A stretch of DNA of 64,000 nucleotides from the human T2T-CHM13v2.0 reference genome, Homo sapiens. Both the position numbers and the translations under genes were made by a program. The DNA lies in NCBI GenBank assembly GCA_009914755.4, contig CP086569.2, positions 15,296,001-15,360,000 of the forward strand. The letters are read 5' to 3'. A model generated the notes under the pieces. It did no database searches. It was not told the origin of the DNA and was given only the letters and a program-made list of their open reading frames with translations. Shown one piece after another: positions 26,393-37,775 of this stretch; position 1 is the first letter of the stretch, and every line of letters begins with the position of its first letter.

Positions 26393-26512
26393 TCTCTTTC
26401 TTTCCTGTCTCTCTTCCCTCCTTCCCTTCTTCCCTCCCTTCCTCTCTCTCTCTTTTTTTCTCTCTCTCTCTCCCTCCCTCCCACCCTCGCTCCTTCCCTC
26501 ACTCCATTCCAG
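26393..26512. repeat. Polypyrimidine (CT/CCCT/CCTT)n low-complexity tract of about 120 bp
   Basis: tctctttctttcctgtctctcttccctccttcccttcttccctcccttcctctctctctctttttttctctctctctctccctccctcccaccctcgctccttccctcactcc. Confidence 0.9.
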
Positions 26513-26733
26513 ATTTAGAGAGGCTTGCTCGTTTGGGGTTGCCCACTGATACTCCAAACCATCTGCCATGCCACTACAGGTCTAACAAGCTTTGAGGTTG
26601 CTGAGTATCTGGGTAATGAGGACTAACTACATAATATTTTATTAAGTGAGGATGGTTATCAAGATGAAGACTCATGAGGGAAACCTCATCACACTGGATA
26701 TTAAAATATGAAACAAATTTGCTATCAAAACTG

Positions 26734-27026
26734 GCGTGTTGGTTCACACTTGTAATGCCAGCACTTTGGGAGACCAAGGCAGGTGGATCACTTGAGTTCA
26801 GGAGGTTGAGAGCAGCCAGGTCAACATGATGAAATCCCATCTCTACTAAATATACACAAATTAGCCAGGCATGGTGGTGCAAGCCTATAGTCCCAGCTAC
26901 TAGGGAGGCTGAGGCAGGAGAACTGCTTGAACCCAGGAGCGGAGATTGTAGTGAGCCAAGATAGCCTCACTGCACTCCAGCCTGGATGACAGGGGGAGAC
27001 TCTGTCTCAAAAAAGAAAAAAAAAGA
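26734..27026 (+). mobile_element. Alu SINE (plus)
   Basis: ggcgtgttggttcacacttgtaatgccagcactttgggagaccaaggcaggtggatcacttgagttcaggag...ctgcactccagcctggatgacagggggagactctgtctcaaaaaag. Confidence 0.9.
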
Positions 27027-27029
27027 TAA

Positions 27030-27895
27030 AAAGACTATCAAATTGGCATAAGAATAAAGAAAGTAGTGAAACAATAGAAAGTAGAGAAATAGAGCCAAGG
27101 ATATATAGAAATGTAGTAAAGGATGAAGTCAGACTTAATATCATTTAGGCAATAGTGGACTTAAAAAAAAATGGTATTATGACAAATATGTCCAGCCATT
27201 TAAGAAAAGATACATTTAGACCCAACCATCTTACCATACTCAAGACAGAATCCCCAATGGAACATAGATCTAAATTTTTTTAAAATAAATGAACTGCAAA
27301 AGAACTAGCAGGAAAGCTGAAATTTTTTTTCTATGACCTGATAGCAGGGAAATGGCTTTTTGTAACACAAAACTCATATCAATAAAAAAGACTGATAAAT
27401 TTAAGTACATTTTAAAAAATTCTACATTGCATAAAATCCCATAAGTTAAGAAAAAAGCCAGTGACAACATGAAAATATTTGCAGGATTTATAAGTGGCTA
27501 ATAGTCCCAATATATAGAAACTTGTAAAAAAGGGGGAAAGAGATTTTTTAAGAATAGGTGAAAAGCACAAACAAATAACTAGCAAAAAAAGATATTCTAA
27601 TAAAACAAACACGCAACAGAAAACCAAATATGGCATGTTTTCACTTATAAGTGGGAGCTGAATGATAAGAACACATGGACACATAGAGGGGAACAACACA
27701 CACTGGGGCCTTTCAGAAGGTGAGGATGGGAGGAGGGAGAGGATCAGGAAAAATAGCTAATGGGACTAGGCTAAATACTTGGGTGATCAAATAATCTGTA
27801 CCAAAAACCTCCAGGACACAAGTTTACCCAACAACAATTCTGCCCTTGTACCGCTGAATATAAAACAAAAGTTAAAAGCCATCAAATTAGAAAAA
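27030..27895 (+). mobile_element. 5'-truncated LINE-1 (L1PA/L1PB-like) 3' end: ORF2 C-terminal region plus 3'UTR
   Basis: ...atatggcatgttttcacttataagtgggagctgaatgataagaacacatggacacatagaggggaacaacacacactggggcctttcagaaggtgaggatgggaggagggagaggatcaggaaaaatagctaatgggactaggctaaatacttgggtgatcaaataatctgtaccaaaaacc... is typical of the primate L1 3' end. Confidence 0.85.
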
Positions 27896-28817
27896 AAATT
27901 GACGTTAAGCATATGAAAAAATGTTGAACTTTACTCGCAGTGTAAGGAATGCAGATGTGTACAGGGGAGGCTTCTCACGAATTTTCATTACAAAAGGTTG
28001 CTTTTTTGATAAAAAGAATCAGAAATGGTGGGAGCAGTCAGGGTCAATACTGCAGTTGACTTGTGGGTATTCCTTTGTCTTTTGGAGATTTCAGCTAATC
28101 CAAGCAGTCTTGAAACCACTGATATTCTCTTGAATTTAACTTTTATACACTTGGAAATACACAGGCCAACACACTCAATATTTGCATTGCAAAAATGCAA
28201 AAAGCTACCTTGATTTTTCATTACTGATAACATGAGTTGTTAAATTATCTCCTCTATAACTGAACATTATGAGTATTAGGTTTTTAGAGTGAAATGCTTT
28301 ATCATTGTTTTTATAAACAAATGAAAACCTGATGGAGAATTCTTTGGCTTGCTGATAATATATTTCACTTTCAAGTAAAGGTAATTTAATTTTCAGTTAA
28401 TCTCAGGAAAGGGACCGGCTGTCTCACATAAGTCCCTGTTGCCAATTTATATGTACTGTTGTTTCAAGTAATAATCTGACCCGAACTGCCATTAAAAAAG
28501 CACGTCTTTTACCAAATATTCTGTCTCCAAGTAACCCTTATGTCTAGCCTGATAGTTAACAAGAATTTTTGAATGCGTAAGAGCTGTCTGAAGTCTGTTT
28601 CCGTAAGAGTTAAAGAAAGAGGGAACATATATGAAAAGCAGCTCAACAGTGAAACACAGGTTTATTTTGGAGAACAAATATGAGAAGGGCTTCTGGCCGA
28701 TTTCAGCCAGGAGCACTCTCTCTTACAGACTAAGAGTATTTAAAGGTTCAGGGCTAGACAGTTTATGAGAGGCTTGGAATGCTTTTGTGTATGGAGCAGA
28801 AGTTTATGGCAGAGTTG

Positions 28818-28935
28818 GAATATATCTGGGCAGTGGGGAGGTTATCTTGGGGCTGACATCTCTCCAGCCAGAGGGGAGGTTATCTTGGGGCTGGCATGTC
28901 TCTTGCTGGGGAGGGGTTTATCTTAGGGTTGGAAC
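28818..28935. repeat. Minisatellite-like tandem repeat, ~35-bp unit x ~3.3 (ggggaggttatcttggggctg.catgtctc...)
   Basis: ggcagtggggaggttatcttggggctgacatctctccagccagaggggaggttatcttggggctggcatgtctcttgctggggaggggtttatcttagggttggaacatttctgg. Confidence 0.8.
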
Positions 28936-29531
28936 ATTTCTGGTTGAAGATGTCATTTGTAGTTTACGGTCATGCTGACATTAGCCATTAGGCTGATGCC
29001 CTTTGAGTTGGATTTAGATGGTTTTGGATCAAGGGGAACTTTAAAATGGTGGTGCTTATGCAAAATGGCAATGCTCCTGCTCTGTCAGTTTCTTGCTGTA
29101 AAATATACTGTTAAAACCAACTATGAGTGTATTATCATGGGTATAATTGATAATGGATTGTTAGTAAATCATTTTTTAAATTTCCTTGCAATGAAAGTGC
29201 TTTCTTACTTTTAATTGTTCCAATCAATGCAACATAAAAAGCTTTCTGATAAATTTTCTGTTGACAATGGTTAGAGATGGATAAGTACAGTAAAATCTTC
29301 ACTGGGCAAAACCTCCATGTTTTTATTTATCAAGATTCATGAGGAGGGGGCAAATATTTAGGATTTTAAACCATCAGACCCTAAAAAAGTTACAATGTAA
29401 CCCTGCCTTATTTTATTATGAAAGTATTATAAATTTATATAAATTGTTAATTAATTATGAGTCCATATAGGAGTGTCCTAACATAACTTTACTGTATAAA
29501 TATATCTTAATTTCTTTTAAAAATGAGTTTA

Positions 29532-29919
<388 letters not shown>

Positions 29920-30429
29920 TTAGATCATAACTATCAAACTATCATAAGTTAAAAAAATCTTGAAAGTGGATCGAATCAAAGTATTCTATGGTACAAGTCT
30001 AATTTTAGGCAATTTAGCTTTTTATTTTTACCTGCATCATGCTCTGCACCCATCCGCCATACACTTATATACCCATTGAGTCTATCTTGTGGCCTGTCAT
30101 GTAGAGGACTCTGGATTGAAAGTAAGCTATTGGTTTCTTGTCCTGAATATTTTTCTAAGTACTCTCAACTACCTGTACCTCAACTTTAACACCTGTAAGA
30201 TGAGATATGAGTTAGTCAACATCAGAGATGCCAAGTTGGATTCATCCAGTGTCAATCTACGATCAGCTACAATTGTCTACATTATATGCTTTGTTGAGAA
30301 GAAATACAGGCTTTGCTGGAAACAATACTGATTGTTTCATCTGCACAGAAGCCCCCAAAATAGGCTTGTAGTATATATTCCAAATACCTGCTCCCTGGGT
30401 CCTTCAAATGTCTAGTTAACTTTCTGTGT

Positions 30430-33070
30430 GTGGTATGTGTGTTTAAGTGTAGAAGCGAAGTTTTTGTGTATTTTTAGGTCTATTTCACAAGTCTCTATTA
30501 TGTTTCCTTGACCTGTTTGTCTATCTTCATGGCAATATTGTGATGTCTTTAATACTATAGCTTATATATATCTTAAAATTAAGTAGTATTACACCTTCAA
30601 ATTTGTTCTTCTTTTTTATTTTTTTGTAGCTATTCCAGGCTATTACAATTTACGTACAAATTATAGAATAAATTTGTCAATTTTGAGAAATAAAATTAAC
30701 TGGGATTTTGACTGGGATTGTGTTGAATCTACCAATTCATGTGGGCAGAACAAATATCTTGAACACACTGGGTCTTCCTAACTGCGAGCAAAGTATATCT
30801 CCCCATTGATTAAGGTTTTCTTTAACTTCTCTCAGTAACGTTTTGTAGTTTTCAGTGTACAAGGCTTTCTTGCATGTCTTCTGTAGGAATTATCCTAAGA
30901 ATTTCATATTGTTGATATGTTTGTTGTTAACATTGTTTTCTTAATTTCTATTTTCAAATGTTCATTGCTAGCATATTTATTTTTTGTCTGTTGATCTTTA
31001 TCTTGAAATCTTCCTAAAGCATTTAATAATTCTAGTAGCTCTTTGATATATTCCATCAGATCTTCTGCGTGGATGAGCACGTCATCTGCAAATAAGACAG
31101 TTTTGACTCTTCCTTTCCAATATGGAGAATTTTTATTTTCCTTATTTTACCAGCTGCAATCTCTAGTAGAATGGTGAACAAGTTGTGAGAGCAGATGGAC
31201 TTGTCTTGTTTCCAAATAGCAGTAGAGGGAAAGAATAATTCACCATTATGTTATTAGTTGCAGGTTTTATGTAGATGCCCTTTATCAAGTTGAGAACATT
31301 TATTCATTTTCCAATTCAGATAACAATATTAAAAATCAGGAATGTACACTGAATTTCAGCAATTATTTTTATTCAAATGTTAAGGTGATCTTGTTTAATG
31401 TTAGTATGGCATTGATTGGTTTTAATGTTAAAACCACCTTATATTTTTAGAATGATCCTTTCTGATCATGATTTAATTAACTTTTTATGTAGTTTTGCTA
31501 CAATTTGCTAAAAATACACTGAGAAATGATTTCTCTATGATTATAAGGAAGATTGACCTGTTGTTTTATTTCTTTATGCTGTCTTTTGTGCAATTTTATA
31601 TGACAGCACACATTCACTTTTCTTTCCCAGAATGTGCTATCATTGTAATTAATTTTAGTTTTAAATATCTTATAAACCTCATAATACATTCTTATTATTT
31701 TGTTTAGTCAATCATCTGTATAAAACACTTAAAGATAAAAATCTTATAATTTTATCAATTATCTAGCATTTATGGTGCTCTTCCTGCTTTTGCATACAAT
31801 CCAGATTTCCACCTAATATCAGTCCCTCTTCCTAAAGGAATTCTTTCAACATGCATTGTACTGCATGTCTGCTGATCATGAATTCTTTCTGGTTTTAAAC
31901 ATTGGGAAATGTCTTTTCATCACCTTTGTTTGATTAAAGATATTTTTGCTGGGTTGTATATTATGTATACATATATGTATATTATGTATACATATATGTA
32001 TATTATGTATACATATATGTATATTATGTATACATATATGTATATTATGTATACATATATATTATGTATAATATATGTATATTATCAATACATATATATG
32101 TATATTATGTATACATATATATGTATATTATGTATACATATATATGTATATTATGTATACATATATATGTATATTATGTATACATATATATGTATATTAT
32201 GTATACATATATATGTATATTATGTATACATATATATGTATATTATGTATACATATATATGTATATTATGTATACATATATATGTATATTATGTATACAT
32301 ATATGTATATTATGTATACATATATATGTATATTATGTATACATATATGTATATTATGTATACATATATATGTATATTATGTATACATATATATGTATAT
32401 TATGTATACATATATATGTATATTATGTATACATATATATGTATATTATGTATACATATATATGTATATTATGTATACATATATATGTATATTATGTATA
32501 CATATATATGTATATTATGTATACATATATATGTATATTATGTATACATATATATGTATATTATGTATACATATATGTATAGACTTCTATACCCAGCAAA
32601 AATATAGATAATTATTATAAGTACCTTAAGTATGTTTCTTCTCTGTCTTTTTGCTTACGTTGTTGGTGACAAGAAACCAAAGTTATTCTTATCTTTGTTC
32701 TCCTATATATAATGTGTTTTTCCCTCTGGCTGATATTTAGAGTTCGTCATTATCACTAGTTTTGAGCAATTTGATTATGATGTGTCTTGGCAAAGGTTTT
32801 GTCAGCTTTCTTGTGCTTAGAGTTGGATGAGATTCCTTAATCCATAGGCTGATAGATTTGTAAAGTTTTTCAAAAATTTCTGGCCACTATGTCAAGTATT
32901 TCTCTGCATGTGTGTCCTCTCCCCTTTCCTTTCCTTTGAGTATCCCAGTTACTCACATATTAGGATACTTGAAGTTGTCCCACAATTCACTGATGCTCTT
33001 TTCATTTTTTTTTCTTCTGTGTGTCTCATTTTAGATAGTTTCCCTTGCTACTCATTCAAATGCTATAAAC
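30430..33070 (-). mobile_element. Old LINE-1 (L1M/L1PB-like) ORF2 region in antisense orientation, with a 615-bp AT-rich VNTR embedded at 31965..32582. It probably continues after the Alu to about 33790.
   Basis: ...gatcttctgcgtggatgagcacgtcatctgcaaataagacagttttgactcttcctttccaatatggagaatttttattttccttattttaccagctgcaatctctagtagaatggtgaacaagttgtgagagcagatggacttgtcttgtttcc... is the antisense of the ORF2 reverse-transcriptase region, where the consensus reads ...atcatctgcaaacagggacaatttgacttcctcttttcc.... Confidence 0.7.
31965..32582. repeat. AT-rich minisatellite/VNTR, unit ~22-24 bp (gtatacatatata(t)gtatattat) x ~27 copies
   Basis: A near-perfect tandem array tgtatacatatatgtatattatgtatacatatatgtatattatg... 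runs for about 615 bp. It explains track ORFs 31909..32607, 32064..32582 and 32075..32611 (MYIMYTY... repeats). Confidence 0.95.
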
Positions 33071-33074
33071 TTTT

Positions 33075-33370
33075 GTGTGGGCATCTCTGTTTGTGAGATG
33101 GAGTCTACCTCTGTCACCCAGTGTGGAGTGCAGTAGCATAATCTCAGCTCACTGCAACTTCTTCCTCCTGGGTTCAATTGATTCTCCTCCCTCAGCCTCC
33201 CGAGTAGTTGGGACTACCTGCCTCCACACCCGGCTAAATTTTGTATTTTTAGTAGAGATGGGGTTTGACCATGTTGGCCAGGCTGGTCTCAAACTCCTGA
33301 CATCAAGTAGTCTGCTTGCCTAACCTCCCAAAGTACTGAGATTACAGGCAGCTGCCACAGTGACCATCCC
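33075..33370 (-). mobile_element. Alu SINE (minus) inserted into older L1-derived sequence, with a probable ~16-bp target-site duplication
   Basis: gagatggagtctacctctgtcacccagtgtggagtgcagtagcataatctcagctcactgcaac...ctcccaaagtactgagattacaggcagctgccacagtgaccatccc. The flanks share caaatgctataaactttt (33055..33072) and caaatgctataagcttt (33370..33386). Confidence 0.85.
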
Positions 33371-33783
33371 AAATGCTATAAGCTTTGAATTGCCAGATGT
33401 GAATTTTACTACTTTGGGGGTTGGGTTTTTTATTTCTATAAAAGTTCTTAAGTTTTATTTTGGGCTTCAGTTATGTAATTTTGAATGAGATTGATCTTGA
33501 GTCTTGCTTTTCAGGTTTGTTAGGCAGCACTTGATTAGAGTTCAGGCTGTTGCTAATCATTTTTTCCTTATTAAAGTAAGACCAACCTCAAAAGTTTATG
33601 CAATGTTTCATGTATTTAGGGATTTTTTTTTCCTTCTGGCTGGTGAAAAAGGGCATCATTTACATCCTTCTGTGAACCTTAAGCAGTGTTCTGGTTCTTT
33701 TGGATATTTACATCTTCATCCTTGCATACGTTTTTCATATCCATCCTGCTGTTGGTGAAATACTCAACAGGCACACTCTGTAG

Positions 33784-33786
<3 letters not shown>

Positions 33787-33827
<41 letters not shown>

Positions 33828-33828
33828 T
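33787..33828. repeat. Homopolymer (T)42
   Basis: An uninterrupted run of 42 T, read directly. Confidence 0.95.
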
Positions 33829-34429
33829 GAGGTTCTCTGTATATCTGTCTTCTCTCCTGTAACCCTGACCTTTAAATTCTAGCTGCCTTGCTCTCTCTAA
33901 ACTCTTAGGTTGATTGCTTCAAGTCATTACTTCTGTGTAAGTTCCCCTCCTCGTACCATTGCCTGGAATCTCTCTCAATGTGGAAGCTATGCAATCACCT
34001 AATCAGCTAATAAACTCACCTCATTTATTAGCTCTCTTCTGGAATCACTTATCTATTGATTGATATCAATCAACAATGGTCTTAAAAACCATTGTTTCAC
34101 ATATTGTCTTTGTTTCTTTCTGATGGGAAGATAATTACCTGTTTACCCCCTCTTAACCAAAAATGCTAGTTTTATATTAACTTTCTACATCTAAACTTAT
34201 ATAAATCCCAATGAAGAAGACATTTTTACAGTGTTTGATTTGAATATGAGAAATATGAATTTTGTATATTTGAGTTTTTTTATACCAATAATCTTGCCAC
34301 CCAGCTACTTTCTCAAATGCAAAAGCACATTAACTACTGCCATCAATCCAAGTTCTCACTGGTTTATCTATAATGCAGAAACAATACGGAGCCATGGTCA
34401 CGCAGCCAGACTCTTGTTTGTATCATGGT

Positions 34430-34620
34430 TCCAAAACTCATCTGTTGTCTTCAATTGCGCAAGTTACCAATGCTTGTCATGCTGCCATTTTCTTATGCAT
34501 AATGTAGGGCTGACAATAGTACTGCATTATTGAGTCATTTTGAGGAATAAATGAGTTGGTATTTGTAAGAACCTTAAAACACTTCCTGGCATATAATAAG
34601 TATCACATGTGTTTGAAAAA
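34430..34620 (+). mobile_element. MIR (mammalian-wide interspersed repeat) fragment; tentative
   Basis: ...cattttgaggaataaatgagttggtatttgtaagaaccttaaaacacttcctggcatataataagtatcacatg resembles the MIR core 3' region ...gaggattaaatgagataatgcatgtaaagcgcttagcacagtgcctggcacatagtaagcgctcaataaatg. Confidence 0.4.
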
Positions 34621-35508
34621 AAATGACAAATCTAAAAACGAATTATAAATGATGGAGTGGAAAATGTGCAAGTATTATCTGTGATTTCAGGAACCATTAT
34701 GTAGACAAATAGCTCTCTCATTCCAGTTGTAATGGTTTTATCAATAAGTTTTGCTTAAATCTTTAATAGCATTATATCACATCAGTATTTTTAAATGCAT
34801 CATCCTGACAAGATTGAAATTAAATCATTACTCTCATTTTTAATTCAGAATTCTAATGATACTTGCTACTAAATACATACAGAGTATTTATCATCCCTCC
34901 AGCTACTTACTAACAAAAGAAAAGAGCTTTTTTTTCCCAGAGGAAAAACATAAACATGTACTTAAAGGGAAAATGTTAAATGGTCTGATAGAGGAATAAG
35001 GTCAGTGTCCAGAAATGAATACATCTAGTGAATTTAGGGGAAGGCATTTCTTAACATCCCCTCTTTGAAACTGGATGTGTATCAGATATTTCCCTGGAGG
35101 GTAGGACAAAGATGTGAGAATTTTCGAATGCACCAAATGAAGAACTAGGAGTAGAATTCTGATTATACAATCACTTTCTGCCTTGAAACCTTTTGCATAT
35201 AAATGTTCATGTTGCCACTTTCACCATACTATAATTCCAATTTAAAAGTTACAACCTAAAATCATCCAGATGTAGCTATCTTACGGATTTAAAAGAGACA
35301 TGAGTTTTAGTAAACTCTCTCTGAGGATCAGAAGTGGACACGTGAGTTGGAAAAACATGGTCCTATCACAGGACATTTATTTGGTCATTTTTGTATTGTT
35401 CAGGTTCTGAAAGGTCACCTGACTCAGAGCAAGAAAATATGGGTTCAATTCAGTTTCAATTCACCCATATCAAATGGTGAGATCCTGGTCATGACAGGGG
35501 TCAAATCA

Positions 35509-35700
35509 TAGCTCACTGATGCCTCCAAGTCCTGGGCTCAGGAGATCTTCCCACCTTAGCTTCCCAGATAGCTGGGACTATAGGTGCACAACCATGCCCA
35601 GCTAACTTCTAAAAAGTTTTGTAGAGTTGCAGTCACCCTGTGCTGCCCAGGCTGGTCTCAAACTCTTGGCCTTCAGTAACCCTCCTGCCTCAGCTAAAAA
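35509..35700 (-). mobile_element. Alu fragment (minus; diverged, AluJ/FRAM-like)
   Basis: aatcatagctcactgatgcctccaagtcctgggctcaggagatcttcccaccttagcttcccagatagctgggactataggtgcacaaccatgcccagctaacttct...tgctgcccaggctggtctcaaactcttggcc. Confidence 0.75.
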
Positions 35701-36672
35701 TGTGCCTTTTTAACAAATACCTGGGACATCATTATCTATCTATTTGGGGACTAGAGGGCTTAGAAACTACTCTTTTCTGTTATTGTGTCCAGTTGGTTAC
35801 TCACAGTCTTCTTTTTTTCTTTTTCTTTTTCTATTGTGCAAAAATTAATTAACAATTAGATATTCTCAGATCTTCCTCTTGATACAAATTACCAGTATGT
35901 ACTTATGTACATTGTAGGAGGAAAAAAAGGCAAAGAGAAAAGAAATTACTTCAGTCTACAGATAAACCTTCCTTTGCTTTAGAAATACATAACTTTGTAG
36001 CTGAGCTTATGTGTGAAAGAACATCTAAGAAAATTTTAACAGAATTTGTAGCCATTTAACAAAAAACATGCTCCAGATTTGATTACATATTAATGCTAAT
36101 CAATGTCATCAGCTTCAACATACTATTTTAGTGTTAAAATGTCTCATCTTTAATTAAGAAATTTAGTGTGACATAAGGTACCATGAAGGACAGTAAATTC
36201 CTGTACCTGCTGACTCCAGGGAATTCTGAACAGGGCATGGGGCCAGGATATTGCCCTGGTGATCTGTCCTGGCCAGGGCCTACCCGAATCCATTCAGCTG
36301 GATAAGTACAAACAGCCAGTCCTCATCGAAACTGATTGTCTAGAGTTTTGTTCCTTTACAGAAACAGGAGTTTTCACATAAGGGGACAGAAACCACTCAT
36401 CAGATATCTAAACTCTATTAGTTTTTTACTGCCTCTGTAAAAAAGCACCATCCATTTATTTGCCAGCTTAAAACAACACAAATTTATTATCTTACAGCCT
36501 TCAGGTCAAAATTCTGACATGGTATCACTGAGTTAAAATGAAGATGTTTGTGGGATATCTTTCATTTTGAAGTCTCTGGGGAAAATTTATTCTTTGGTTT
36601 GTCCCAATATCTAGAGGGTACCCTCATTCCTTGGCTCATAGCCTCCTATCTACATTTCCATACAATGCTTCA

Positions 36673-36735
36673 TTCTCTCTTCCTCTCCTTCCCCTTCCTT
36701 TCTCCTTTTTTTCTTCTTTTCTCTCTTCTGTTCCT
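36673..36735. repeat. Polypyrimidine (CT-rich) low-complexity tract
   Basis: ctctcttcctctccttccccttcctttctcctttttttcttcttttctctcttctgttcc. Confidence 0.85.
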
Positions 36736-37417
36736 TCAAGGTAACTTCAACTCCAAACACAGATAATATGCTCAACCCATTTTTATTGGATGAATAAATC
36801 AGTCAGGACTACCCAGCAAAATCCAATATGTTTCACATTTTTGGATCCAGTCATGTCTCCCAAAAGCATGCCCTTACATGGCAAATAATAAGCACATAAT
36901 TCAAATCCTATGATAATGCCATGATGCATTCTTTGGGGTTTATGATTATTTAACTCCCTCTTTGGTCACGCAGAACCAACTCTGGCATCATTGTGAATTT
37001 TGTGATAGAATCATAGGCATAAAATTTCAGAACCAGAGGCAACTTTGGAGTCAGCCGGTAGAGATTTCAATCTTTGTAAAAAGAAAACACAAGGCCTCAC
37101 AGTAACTGGCCTGAATGAAGATACCGCCATGGTGCAGAGAGCCCAAGGACTAAAGTTCATTCACCTGAAATGTACTCCAATATTTTTTCCATTACCTGAC
37201 AGCTATTTGCCCTCTCCCCAAACTTCTACTTCTCCTATATATTCCTAAGTGCAATTTAAGAAAAAATGCTCTTACCTCTAGTGTTGATTGGAGTGGAAAC
37301 TGTCACAACTTCTTGGGAAAGCATTTAGGCCTGTGCTTCAGCAACTGTGAAAATCTTCATAGCCAAAATTCTACATGCATTAAGGGGTCCATTTTCATAA
37401 TTTCAAACATCACAGAT

Positions 37418-37775
37418 TGATATGGTTTGGCTGTGTTCCCACCCAAATCTCATCCTACATTGTAGCTCCCATAATTCCTACGTGTTGTGGGAGGGACTTG
37501 GTGGGACATAACTGAATCATGGGGGAAGTTTCTCCCATATAGTTCTGTGGTAGTGGATAAGTCTCACAATATCTGATTATTTGATAAGAGAAACCCCTTC
37601 CACTTGGCTCTCATTCTCTCTTCTTGCCTGCCAATATGTAAGACATCCCTTGCTCGTCTACCATGATTGTGAGGCCTCCCCAACCATGCGGAACTGTGAG
37701 TCAATTAAACCTTTCCTTTATAAATTACCCAGTCTTGGCTATGTCTTTATTAACAGTGTAAGAACAGACTAATAC
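37418..37775 (+). mobile_element. Solo MaLR LTR of the THE1/MST family (complete ~358-bp LTR, TG...CA)
   Basis: tgatatggtttggctgtgttcccacccaaatctcatcctacattgtagctcccataattcctacgtgttgtgggagggacttggtgggacataactgaatcatggggg...ccatgattgtgaggcctccccaaccatgcggaactgtgagtcaattaaacctttcctttataaattacccagtcttggctatgtctttattaacagtgtaagaacagactaataca matches the THE1-family LTR consensus as recalled. Confidence 0.7.

Noticed and set aside
28818-28935. Considered whether tandem arrays (28818..28935, 31965..32582, 39185..39600) could be CRISPR-like repeat-spacer arrays
   Set aside because: All are head-to-tail repeats without unique spacers, in a eukaryotic repeat context. None has CRISPR architecture.
31909-32611. 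Three long overlapping plus-strand ORFs (232, 172 and 178 aa) made of MYIMYTYMY.../YVYYVYIYMY repeats
   Set aside because: They are translation artefacts of the 22-24-bp AT-rich tandem repeat. The sequence lacks stops only because the unit contains no in-frame TAA, TAG or TGA. There is no protein-like complexity.
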